From positions 46,748,001 to 46,812,000 of the forward strand of contig NC_043002.1 of the NCBI RefSeq assembly GCF_006345805.1: 64,000 nucleotides of DNA, in the 5' to 3' direction. Under the pieces are notes generated by a model. It had not been told where the DNA came from and ran no database searches. It saw only the letters and a program-made list of their open reading frames with translations. Position 1 is the stretch's first letter. Every line of letters starts with the position of its first letter. Both the position numbers and the translations under genes were made by a program. The stretch is from Octopus sinensis. Lineage: Eukaryota. Of this stretch, positions 14,547-25,142 are shown in pieces.

Positions 14547-14772
14547 TTACTCTTTTACTCTTTTACTTGTTTCAGTCATTTGACTGTGGCCATGCTGGGG
14601 CACCGCCTTTAGTCGAGCAAATCGACCCCAGGACTTATTCTTTGTAAACACACCAACATCAATTGTCGAGCAACTGTGGGGGGACAAACACAAACACATG
14701 AATACACACACATACATACATACATACATATATACATACATACATACATACATACATACATACATACATACA

Positions 14773-14808
<36 letters not shown>

Positions 14809-14982
14809 TACATATATACGACGGGGTTCTTTAAGTTTCCGTCTACCAAATCCACTCACAAGGCTTTGGTCGACCCGAGGTTGTAGTAGAAGACACTTGC
14901 CCAAGGTGCCACGCAGTGGGAATGAACCCGGAACCATGTGGTTGGTAAGCAAGCTACTTACCACACAGCCACTCCTGCGCCT
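14547..14982 (-). mobile_element. tRNA-derived SINE family A (CORE-like, probably octopus OR type), with internal (ATAC)n
   Basis: Head AGGCGCAGGAGTGGCTGTGTGGTAAG..CCGGGTTC, core CACCTTGGGCAAGTGTC, (AGTAAAAG)n tail. Family name recalled, not searched. Confidence 0.9.
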
Positions 14983-15004
14983 AAAATGCAAAATTATTGG
15001 ACAC

Positions 15005-15039
<35 letters not shown>

Positions 15040-15419
15040 CAATGTCAATTTGATTAAGGGAAATAAATGAACATCACAAACATTAATTACCCCCCCCCCC
15101 AATTTTTCTGTGCAAGTTATTCAGCAAGAACTTACAGAGCCTTCATTTATCGTCTACGCAGGAGATAGATTGTCAGTAGATCATATATCCGAAAAAGAAG
15201 CACACTCTAAGTAAAGTATAGAGCAGCAATGTATTTACATGCAGTTAAATATCTGTTAAATAAAGCTAAGCTCTTTACGGATGCAAAACCATTGGTGACT
15301 CTATGACCGGACATATATTTAACTGCGTATATATATATATATAATATATATATATATATCGCTCAGAGATTTAAAACATGTTGTTTTTCTCGATACGAGA
15401 TCAGCGACTGTGTTGCTTA

Positions 15420-15640
15420 AAGAATATATATATATAATGAAAAAACGGAGAAAAAAGACAAGAAAAAAAACAACAACAACGCGAGGACGTAGCACATGCA
15501 AAGTATAAATACGATGCTCAGAGAAGAAAAGAGTGGTTGTTTTACGTTTCGAGCATAGCTCCTCTTCGGAAACAGGAGACAAAGAAAGCCCAAAAGGAAA
15601 GGAAGGAGGGAAAAATCGCCAACAGTCCACGTGTAGTTAT
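15420..15640 (-). mobile_element. Penelope-like short repeat; related copies near 46260-46460, 46900-47065 and 45600-45665
   Basis: Shares GTGGACTGTTGGCGATT..CCTGTTTCC..GAGCTATGCTCGAAA with 46960-47060. Sits next to (TA)n. Confidence 0.55.
15538..15574 (-). ncRNA. Minimal hammerhead ribozyme motif (U4C variant) in a Penelope-like repeat
   Basis: UGUUU-CCGAAGA-G-GAGC-UAU-GCUC-GAAA-CGUA|AAACA. 5-bp stem I, 4-bp stem II, palindromic ACGU stem III. Confidence 0.6.
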
Positions 15641-15714
15641 ATTTTTGAAATGACCAGAAGTAGATGGACAAAGAGAAAGTGCTTTCTGGGACAGGAAAAT
15701 GTGAAGAATGGTTA

Positions 15715-15880
15715 GTATTTGTGTGTATGTGTGCGTGGTAACGTGTGTAAGTGTGGTACTGTACGTGTGGTAGTGTGCGCGGCAGCGTGTGTATGTGTGG
15801 TAGCGTGTGTACGTGTAGTAGTGTGTGATAGCGTGTATGTGTGTGTGGAAGTAACTGTGTGTGTGCGTATGATGGTAACT

Positions 15881-15912
<32 letters not shown>

Positions 15913-16440
15913 ATAACGGTGTATCTGTGTGGTATTAACTGTTTACATGTGTTGTGTGATTGGTCTCTGTATGTTAAGGTCGTAATGAGAGATCAGTAGC
16001 TATAGTGATAGGAGCGTGTATGGGTGGTTGTGGCAGTGTGTGTGTATGTGTGGTTTTGTACGTGTGCGTAGATGGGATGGTCGGTAGTGAGTCGGGGGCA
16101 GTTTGAAGGATAACTGAGAGGCAGTCTGAAGGGTGTGTATGTGTGTGTGTGTGTTTTGGTATGTGTACGTAGACGGAGTGGGAATGTGTGTATGTGCGTG
16201 AATAAGTGTATGGATGCGTATGTGTGTCTTACTCTGTCTGTTTATCTGTTTGTGTCTTTCTCTCTGTCTGTATATGTATGTGTTCGTCTGTGTGTGTGTG
16301 TATGTACGTGTACATGTATATGTGTTGTGTGTGTATGGAGGTATATTTGCGTTCATGTGCGTGCGTATGTGTACCTGCGTGCGTGTGTGCGGGAGGGAGA
16401 GAGAAGTGAGGTGGGGGTGTGGGTGCATTGTCATATAGAT
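15715..16440. repeat. Degenerate (GT)-rich low-complexity tract
   Basis: Direct reading. It accounts for many C/V-rich and H/T-rich spurious ORFs. Confidence 0.9.
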
Positions 16441-17300
16441 GTATGTGTATATGGCGATGTCCTGTTCTTATTGTATATTTTTTGGTATTTTGTCCTGTAC
16501 ATATCGCTCGTGCATTTACGTATTTTTCACTTGATGTATTTTATATTTATAATCGAACGCCATGCAGCCTTGTCCACAATAAGTTTTTATTTTTTTATTT
16601 ATAATTCCTGCGACTCTACTCTGTTTCTTTCTTTCTCTCTATTCCTCTACAACCACATTATTTTCCGTTTTTCCCTCTCCTTCTTAGCTGTCCCCTGTCT
16701 ATCTTTCTTTCACACCTTACAATCTGCCGTTCCTTCTCTCTTCTCCTCACTCCCTTTGTTTCTTTCCCTCATCCTCTCTCTTGTCTCCCTTCTCCTCTGC
16801 CTGTTTGCTCCCACGTGACTACAGGCCATTTTTTCTCACCTCTCTCCTATCTGGATGCGACGTGTACTTCGCTGGACGTATTTTTTTCGCCTCCCGATGT
16901 ATTCTCTCTCTCTCTTTTTTTTTTTTTTTGTCTTCTACTATTTTCTTCCCTATCTATTCTTTATCCTTTCAAAATTTCTCCCGGGCGTTCTCCATTACAA
17001 TGTATCTTGGCCTGACGGCCCCTAATGTTCGCCTTCGTCGATTGTTTACTCTGTACATCCACTCTGTCGTTGTTTGTTCGTTCGAAGCTCTAACGCTACA
17101 CAAATTTCGTATTTTTAAAAGTTCTGGATGCTGCTGTTTTATGAGGTTATCCTATCTTGTCATTGAAAACTCGAAATAGGGAGTAATTAACAGTCGACAA
17201 CTGAGAAATAGTTAGATTTCTTTTGGTATTTTGTCCCGTGTTTGTCTCTCGTGATGTGTTTACGTTTTTTTCACTCGTTGGTGATGTCCTCTACTTGATG

Positions 17301-17344
<44 letters not shown>

Positions 17345-17640
17345 TATATATATACATGCATGTATTAAAGGTATTCAACGGATGCCTTTTTGCGTCGCTC
17401 CGTTGCTTCTTGGAGTTTCCATGGATTCAGGGAAACTCAGAGTGATACAAAAGTCGTTGGCTGAGTACCCTCTAAAATATATATTGCATGTTTTCCTTCC
17501 CGTTCATTATAGAATATAAAACACACACATACATGTGTGTGTGTGCGCGCGCGCAGACCAACTGCGTTCACGTTTCTGACACTGAATTCAGGTAAACGCC
17601 CAGTTGTCTTTAAAAACCACATTTATGAAATCATTTAGAT

Positions 17641-18199
17641 CAGTTGTTCTACTTGATGTCCTCTACATCAAGTAGAGGACATCACATACATATATATGAC
17701 AATGCACCCACACCCCACCTCACTCCTCTCTCCCTCCCGCACACACGCACACATACGCACGCACATGAACGCACATATACCTCCACACACACAACACATA
17801 TACGTGTACACGTACATACACTTCCACACACTCACACGCACATACACACACACACAGACGAACACACATACATATGGCCCTTGAGGGTCTATATAAAATT
17901 TTTGTGGGTTCACGCAACAAGATAGTAACTTGGGGATCCAAAATCGTATTTTAAGGGCTCCTGAAGAATTTTACATTAGATGTATGTATTGGTATGTATT
18001 GCAAGAAACAGCTAGGTTATTTTTCTCTAACATTTTTCATAGTTCAACCTAAACAAGTTAATGTCTGAAAAACAAAATAGGAATTTTGAAAGAAGTTTCC
18101 ATAAAACTACTATTTAAACATCGAATGACTATAGGGGTCCACTAGAATAAAATACTAATCAATGGGGCCCATAGGTAAAAAAATGGTTGTGAAACCCTG
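17641..18199. mobile_element. hAT MITE related to 13212-13457, with a ~225-bp foreign insert in the left TIR
   Basis: Perfect 8-bp TSD ATTTAGAT (17633-40 and 18200-07). Ends CAGTTGTTCT.. and ..GGTTGTGAAACCCTG. Confidence 0.8.
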
Positions 18200-19009
18200 A
18201 TTTAGATGAAACGAAAATTGGTTATCGTTGCACTTTAATGATCATAGAACATATAAGTTTGCAAGTGATGCATTGGACAAAATACTTTGCAGAATTTAAT
18301 ATGACCATTATAGTCTAAGTTCAAGCCGAAATTTGTCTTTTAGCTTTTCGAGGTCGATAACTTAAAGTACCAGCCAAGTACTGATGGTGATTTATGTTCC
18401 AATAATGTCCCTTAGATATCAAAAGAATTATAATAGAACACTTAGAAAATTCACTCATCTGATTTTATTATTGCTGCGAGATCTCACCAGCCCTGTTCGA
18501 GAAATGATCAGCCTTCTCTGCCACAAAGATAATTAGTCTGACGACACGGAGGCAATCTAGAGACCCACTACTTCAGATATCTTATGCCTCTGTCCGTGAC
18601 CGCACCAAGCACGCAGACACGCGATAGCTTATCGTAGGTGGGGTGGGGTGTGCAATATCGGAGGAGGAGTGGGGTATTAAAACAAGTAAATACTTTTAAT
18701 AAATCCTGTTTAATATCTGCAGTTCAAAAATCAGACCGAACTCTCGTTTCAGCCTATTAGTTTATCCAGAATTCTACTGTTGCAAGCACTCTATGCAGCC
18801 GTGTAGTATGGATTTTGGTCTCACTGTGCAGTAGCCAAATTGGCCTATCCTTCATTAAATGTAAAATACCTTTGACTAGAGAAAACACTGTTCATTTATA
18901 TATATATATATCCATTTAAAAGTGAGTGCTGTGTTAGAACACAGAACACTATAATAGTTACTGTGAGAGAACCTCTAATATGGGACTTGTGGTGCATATA
19001 AGCACTCCT

Positions 19010-19395
19010 GCTTATATCGCAAGCGGAAGATAACCACATGGCTTCAGGTCCCGTTCTACGGCATGGCAACTTGGACAAGTGTCTTTTACTAAAGCCCCGA
19101 GCCAATCAAAGTCTTGTGAGTGGTATAGGTAAACGGAAACTGAAAGAAGCCGTTGGTTATCTGTGTGGATACATGTATGTATGTGTCTCGCATGAGAGCC
19201 AGTGTTGGTTTGTTTACATCCCCGTAACTGAGCAGTTCAGACAAAGAGACCCATAGCATAAGTACCATACTTAAAAAAAAACAGTAAGACAGCACAGAAA
19301 ACGTACTGAGGTCGATTGTTCGATTAAAACGCATCAAGGTGGTGCCTCAGCATGGCCGCAGTCCAATGACTGAAACAAACAAACGGTAAAGATAC
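19010..19395 (+). mobile_element. SINE family A copy, diverged
   Basis: Core CTTGGACAAGTGTC and tail CAGTCCAATGACTGAAACAA. Confidence 0.8.
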
Positions 19396-20729
19396 TTGTA
19401 CTTAATGGCCACATAATTGATATGAGATTACATATGTATAAAATAAAATAATCACTTTTTGCTCAATATCTTTAAACAAAACGAAAGTTAAGTCAGAATA
19501 TTTATTGAAGATTTCTGTGACTTTTCCTGTATTAACTTGCCTATCACAGAGACATATACAAATGTTATAGCGTATGTATTGGATGTACAATCCAAGATTC
19601 TGTGTACAAGGGCACTGAAATATGTAAACAGCTGTTGAAGATAGAAATGTTTTCTGGCATTGAAAAGGAAAACCGTATCTTGTTAAATTTCTAGCAACCA
19701 CTTGAAGCATTTCAAATTTTCACCAAATTTTTTCAACGTTTTCTACACTGATGTAGTTTCGAAAATTTAACAAGATTCTAAAGGGCTGTGCCTAAATGAT
19801 ATCAATGATGGTTTAAGTATTTCAATAATGATTGCGGTTGAGTTGATGTTTGTTAAATTTCTTCGAGCCACTATTTGAGGTACTTCAAGTAACTGGAAGA
19901 CATTTAACAAGATCCAGGAAATTTAGCTCTTGCTATGTGGAGAATACCATCTCCCTAATATATTCTCAGACGGGTGTTACTAATTAAACATTTATACGGG
20001 ATGTAATGGTTTGAACTCTATTATTCGTAATACGTGGATTACAATTTTGTCGGTTATTCTTCTTGGCAAACGTAGTGTGTTATACTTTAAAACTTACAAT
20101 TCCGTAACAAAATGTTTTAATGGTTCCATTTCTGGAGAATGTGCATTCTTAGCGGGACGTGTTGAGGTATTTCGTACAGGAAATACTTTTATAATCAAGG
20201 AAATTGGATAATTGTCTATCTGCATCTTTAAATACTTGTGTCGGAAAACGGAAATATAGACAAAAAACAAACAAACAAAAAAACAAAACAAAGAAACAAA
20301 AACAAAACAAAAAAACGTTTCAATACGATTACAAAATAAAAGTCACCAGAAAAGAGTAACATCTCATTTAAATGTCATAAGTAATTTTTTTTTAGTATAG
20401 GGAGAGGACCTGAAATTTGGCGGCAATGTGTTAATCGATAAAATTGATACTCAGTACGAGATTAGTACTTTATTTTATTGACCGTTGAAGGATGATAGGT
20501 AAAGTTGATGGCGGCAAGATTTGAACTCAAAATGTAAAGAGATGGCAGGGTGGCTAAAGCCTCTAAAAGAATGACTTGCGGTCATTCTTTTCGAGGCTTT
20601 AACCACTCTGCCCATCTACTGCTCGCAAATACAAGAAATAACATTTAAAGTTATTAGATATTTTAAGTAACTTATTAACTAACAGTAAAATGATTTATAC
20701 ACAGTGACAGTGCAGGTTATATTACAGTA

Positions 20730-22087
20730 CTAGCAAACGCACCCGACCTTTGGACGGTTTAAGCTGCTTTGGTGGTATTTTTTTTAGGAAATAATTGAAC
20801 TACGTAGAAGGTTTATGAGTAGCACAGCAGTCTATGTTTCCGACTAACCTAGGAACGGAAAAGTAAACTGAAGGTTGGTTATCGTTGCCCTTTAATGATC
20901 ATAGAACATATAAGTTTGCAAAGGATGCAAAGTAGAGCTACTGAAGTGTTTTGGGAGTAGATTACGGATGACTACAAAATATAGTTGATTTACATGAAAG
21001 CGAAATTTCTTGTCAGAAACAGCCACATAAATGGTGTAAGGAAATTGAAGGAAGACGTTGAAACTTCCCCTCTGCGAGTTTTTTTATTCAACAGCAAAGG
21101 GAGCTATTTTTTCGGAGAGATAAGCTAACAAAAGCCTCTTTATTCTGTCTTCACACATAGCCTGCGCATAAACTAACAGCGAATGCCGCATAAAGTTAAA
21201 TTGGTATGGAGTTTTCTGAAAGATACATATAGCTTTCGCTAGTGGAAGCAAAACTCTTATTTAAAGGATGATTCTTTGAAGCGAATTATATGCTAAAACG
21301 TATTTGAAACAATGGACAACAGTTGAAATATCAAAATGGATTGGTAAATAAGGATCCGTAAGGTGAAACAACGGTATCAAAGGTAAATAAATGTATCAAC
21401 AAATAGAAGAGAAGGAAGGGAACATCACATTTCAAGTAACACAGAATAGGTAAAGGTAATCTTGCCAAAGTTTAATGCAGTTTAAATATGTAGATTAAGA
21501 TAGTTTGGTATTGGATATTCATCGCGTACAGTATTCCTAGTCAACTGAATCACCGCCGTAGGTGGACGCCGGAAATAAATAAGACAAAATCCTTTCACTT
21601 ATAAAAAAAAAGAAGATTTAAAATGTATGGAAGACCTACAGACAAAAAAGAAAAACAATGCCAATTTACGTCCAATTATGCGGGAGCTCTGAGCAAAATG
21701 TTATAGTGCATGACCATCCTTGGGACATAAGTAATGTATGTGTAAAGTTTGGTGAAAATCGGTTGAGAATTGTGGAAATGTATGCGTCAGTCATTATACA
21801 CACATATACTGTGATTTATATAGGCGAACAGTGGCAATAAATAAACAGACAAAATTCTTTCACTTTTATAAAAGGATTAAAAAAGTATGGAAAACTCAAC
21901 ATACAAAAAAACACTTTGTCCACTTACGTCTATCTATGCGGGAGCTCTGGGCAAAATGTTAAAGTGCATGACCATCCTTGAGACATAAGTAATGAGTGCG
22001 TAAAGTTTGGTGAAAATCAGTTGAGAATTGTGGAAATGTATGCGTTAGTCGTTATACGCACACATACTGCGATTTATATATACTAGA
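20730..22087 (-). mobile_element. Non-autonomous Helitron with tandemly duplicated 5' subterminal block
   Basis: Minus strand starts A|TCTAGTATATATAAAT and ends CCGTCCAAAGGTCGGG..CTAG|T. Two ~255-bp units at about 21575-21835 and 21836-22087. Confidence 0.75.
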
Positions 22088-22379
22088 TTACACATGTAAA
22101 AAAAATCACGTTTTAGACAATATTTTTATTTAATAACTTAAAACAATGAATCGGAAAACAAAAATTAAGTAGGCGATGTTTCGTTTTGTGATCTAGAAAG
22201 TGAAACTATTGAAGTCGGAAAAAATCGGGTTAAGAAAATGAAATTAAAATAATGCTCGGTGGTTTTCAACTAAACTTGGCATTGGAAAGAAATTGGATTT
22301 TTTTTTTAACTGAGTGGGAAAAAAATATGTCGTAATGGATATTTGTATTAATACAATGAACTACTGTAAGTATAATTAA

Positions 22380-22760
22380 CTTTCTTGCATCGTTGGGACA
22401 AATTCATAATAATTCAGCGATATATTGGAATGAACCAATGTGTTTGGTGTTTCGCCACACATGCTCAGATGGAATAGACTTGGAGGTGTTGTGGATGCGG
22501 GCAGCATCAAAGTATTCGACAGGATTCTCTGGATACCATATCTCATTGTGTCACCTTGTCGTGCTTTTATATTGGTTGGTGGGCAGCAGTTGGCTACAGT
22601 GTTTTAGCAATGGAGCCGATTGGTGTCGGTATAGGAGCAATAGTTAACTGGGAAAAACTATAATGGAGATGTATGTGTTATGTGGTATATGGATCATCCT
22701 GCACAGATTAGCGAAAACGATTTACACAATTTGTTAAATGCCTTCGACAGCGTAATTGTT
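22380..22760 (-). mobile_element. Penelope-like element RT remnant
   Basis: Frameshifted minus-strand peptides LTIAPIPT.., LPTNQYK.., WYPENPVEYFDAARIHNTSKSIP resemble the PLE RT C-terminal ITI..FLDV../Y..SNHP..IP region. Confidence 0.45.
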
Positions 22761-23544
22761 TACTTATATATTAATCTATAACTAAACAAATTATAAAGCA
22801 ATTTACAAAAAATCGGATTTTACAATTATGATTTCGTTACATCATGTTTATATCACTTTTATTTCAGCTTGTTTTAGAAAGTAATTCTTTCACTTATCAA
22901 GTCGAGTTTCCGGCAAATAACGATCTCTACCGACTTCAGTAGTTTCACTTTCTGGATCACAAAACGAAACATTGTCCTCAAATCATTTATTGAAAGTTTC
23001 CTCAGACATTTCATCATGTAACTTTTTTGAGATTTTTTTTCCTGGTGACTTTTCTTCTTGCTTTCGTTGTGTTGTGCAATGAGTGCTCGATTGTTTTTAC
23101 TACGAGTCACTATTTGACGATCCTTGAAGTTAGTGCTCTACTTATTTGTTTATTAACGACTAGTATAATTTTATATGACGGCCGGCAGAGATTAAAAAAA
23201 AAATATTGGCTTTACGTGTAGCAAGTAAACAGTCACCGCAGTAATACTAGCGATCAGCAGAGATAAGTGAAAACTAGGTCATAGTCAAACTGAAAAGATA
23301 AAGTCTAACTATACCACAGAAGTTGTGGGAAAACCACAGCGAAAATAATTTTTTTTACTGGTGGAGAGTCCCAGCTCAAGATGTTTTTACGGAAGTGAGA
23401 ATGGTTAATTGTGACATTGGCCAATATTATGCTCGTTTTCAAACAAAACACAAAAATGAATACAAATTCTAAAGGATTTGATACAATCATTCCACCACCA
23501 CCACCACCACCACCGCCGCCGGAGAGTTGAATGATTAAATGGTT

Positions 23545-24610
23545 AACTCTTATTTTTACTTGCTATGTCTAGAGGAAGCGTCAAGGTTCATGGCCTTCAA
23601 CAGACCCTCTGAGACCGGTGAGACTGATGTCATTAATGTTGCTTTCGAACCATTGCAAGTGAACACCTGTAGGAAAGATATGACGAGGGAGGGAATTCCA
23701 GAGCGCCGACATTTTGTGCTGGAAGGATTATAAAGGATTAGTGCTGGACCTAATGGCTAACCAAAACAAAGTTGATGAGAAGAGAGATGGCTGAGTCAGG
23801 AATGCCTGGGTGGACGTAGCATGAACCCGACCATCTCCGAGAGGCAGATGCCATTATGGTAACGTTAGAAAAAGCAGAGGGGAAACAAACAGCGTGCTAG
23901 TGGGGAAAAGTCTGGAGCATGTCAGAGTGATTTTATGCCAATCAATCAAGTGGTTCTTTTTCTGGCTGCAATTTAGGATGTTTATGTTCGCAGTAGCAGC
24001 CTCATCCCAGATGTGATCATTTGGGCATTTTAGAATATCAATAGCTGTTGGACCGAAAGAAAAAGGTCAGTCGTTGGGAGGCAGTCTTAGCTATGCCAAG
24101 GATTCACTTTCACCAAGAGTAATACTCAGTGTTAGTGAGACCCAACATTTAGAGCGATCATGAGAGCTCTTGTCGTCTTCTAAACGTGTTTAAGAGAAAG
24201 TAGTATAATGAGGTTTTCTTGATGAGTGACATTCGTGTTTCCTTGCAGTTGTAAAAGACATCTCAATTAGAGGTTGCTTCTGAACTCTTTATTCATGGAG
24301 TCACTGCGAGTTTGGTTAGTAGCGTCTTGGATGCGAATGAATGATGCGTGGTTGTGGAAGGTTATGGAAGAATCAAGAGTAATATTGTCTGCGTAAGAGT
24401 GGGTGTTATTGGACGTGACAGTAATTGGTCATTGGTGTATAGAAGGAAGATATAGGGGGGATAAAACGAACCCGAGGACACGTCAGAGTTGATAAAATGA
24501 GGATCAGAAAGAGCTCCGCCAATACGCACCTCACACGTTTCAACAGAACGATTTGATAGGAAGCTAACGATTAAAGAGATGGGAACCAGATGAAACTCAA
24601 AGGTGAACAG
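23545..24610 (-). mobile_element. 5'-truncated CR1/L2-group LINE, RT and 3' end
   Basis: Degenerate GVPQGS-like INSDVSSGS, NTHSYADN (YADD) and LWNSLP..FP near the 3' end. Confidence 0.75.
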
Positions 24611-24753
24611 TTACAATAGTTTACTTGCTAGACACGGTCGAAAACTTAGCTAATGTTGGGGGCGACATTTTCTTTTACCAAGCCTTTCCAGGGTAAGGAG
24701 CCCACTGGTGAGTGACATAAAAGACTAAACGGTTTACTGAAATTAATCCTACA

Positions 24754-25142
24754 GATCTTTTCGGTTTGAACGGCAGTTTTTTTCTAGCGGTGTCATATGA
24801 AATTGTCACCCATAATTATGACCCTAGTATCGATCTATTGCATTTCAATCTGTTTTAGGGTTAGGGTTAGGGGTGGGGGGAAGAGTATCTTTTTTTCTTC
24901 AGAAATGTAAATAAACCCAATCTGTTTCTTAAACGAGACATATTCATACAGCACAGAATGTTTTCACCTCAATAGACGCCATTGATTGGTTGAAATTGCA
25001 GAAATTGAAGAAAAAACAACAAATATCTTACAAACTATAGAATTTTCTCAATAAAGCCAAGAGAAAAAGATATACGAAGTTTAAAAGTGTTTAGTTACGT
25101 GGAAATTATTTTAAAAAACTGCCGGTCTAACCGAAAAGATCC
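24754..25142 (+). mobile_element. GGATC-terminal MITE (Mutator-like), copy 1
   Basis: ~29-bp TIRs (G)GATCTTTTCGGTTTGAACGGCAGTTTTT, perfect 9-bp TSD AATCCTACA, internal (TTAGGG)3. Confidence 0.85.

Noticed and set aside
24852-24880. TTAGGG repeats as a telomere or fusion scar
   Set aside because: At most three units, internal to a multicopy MITE.
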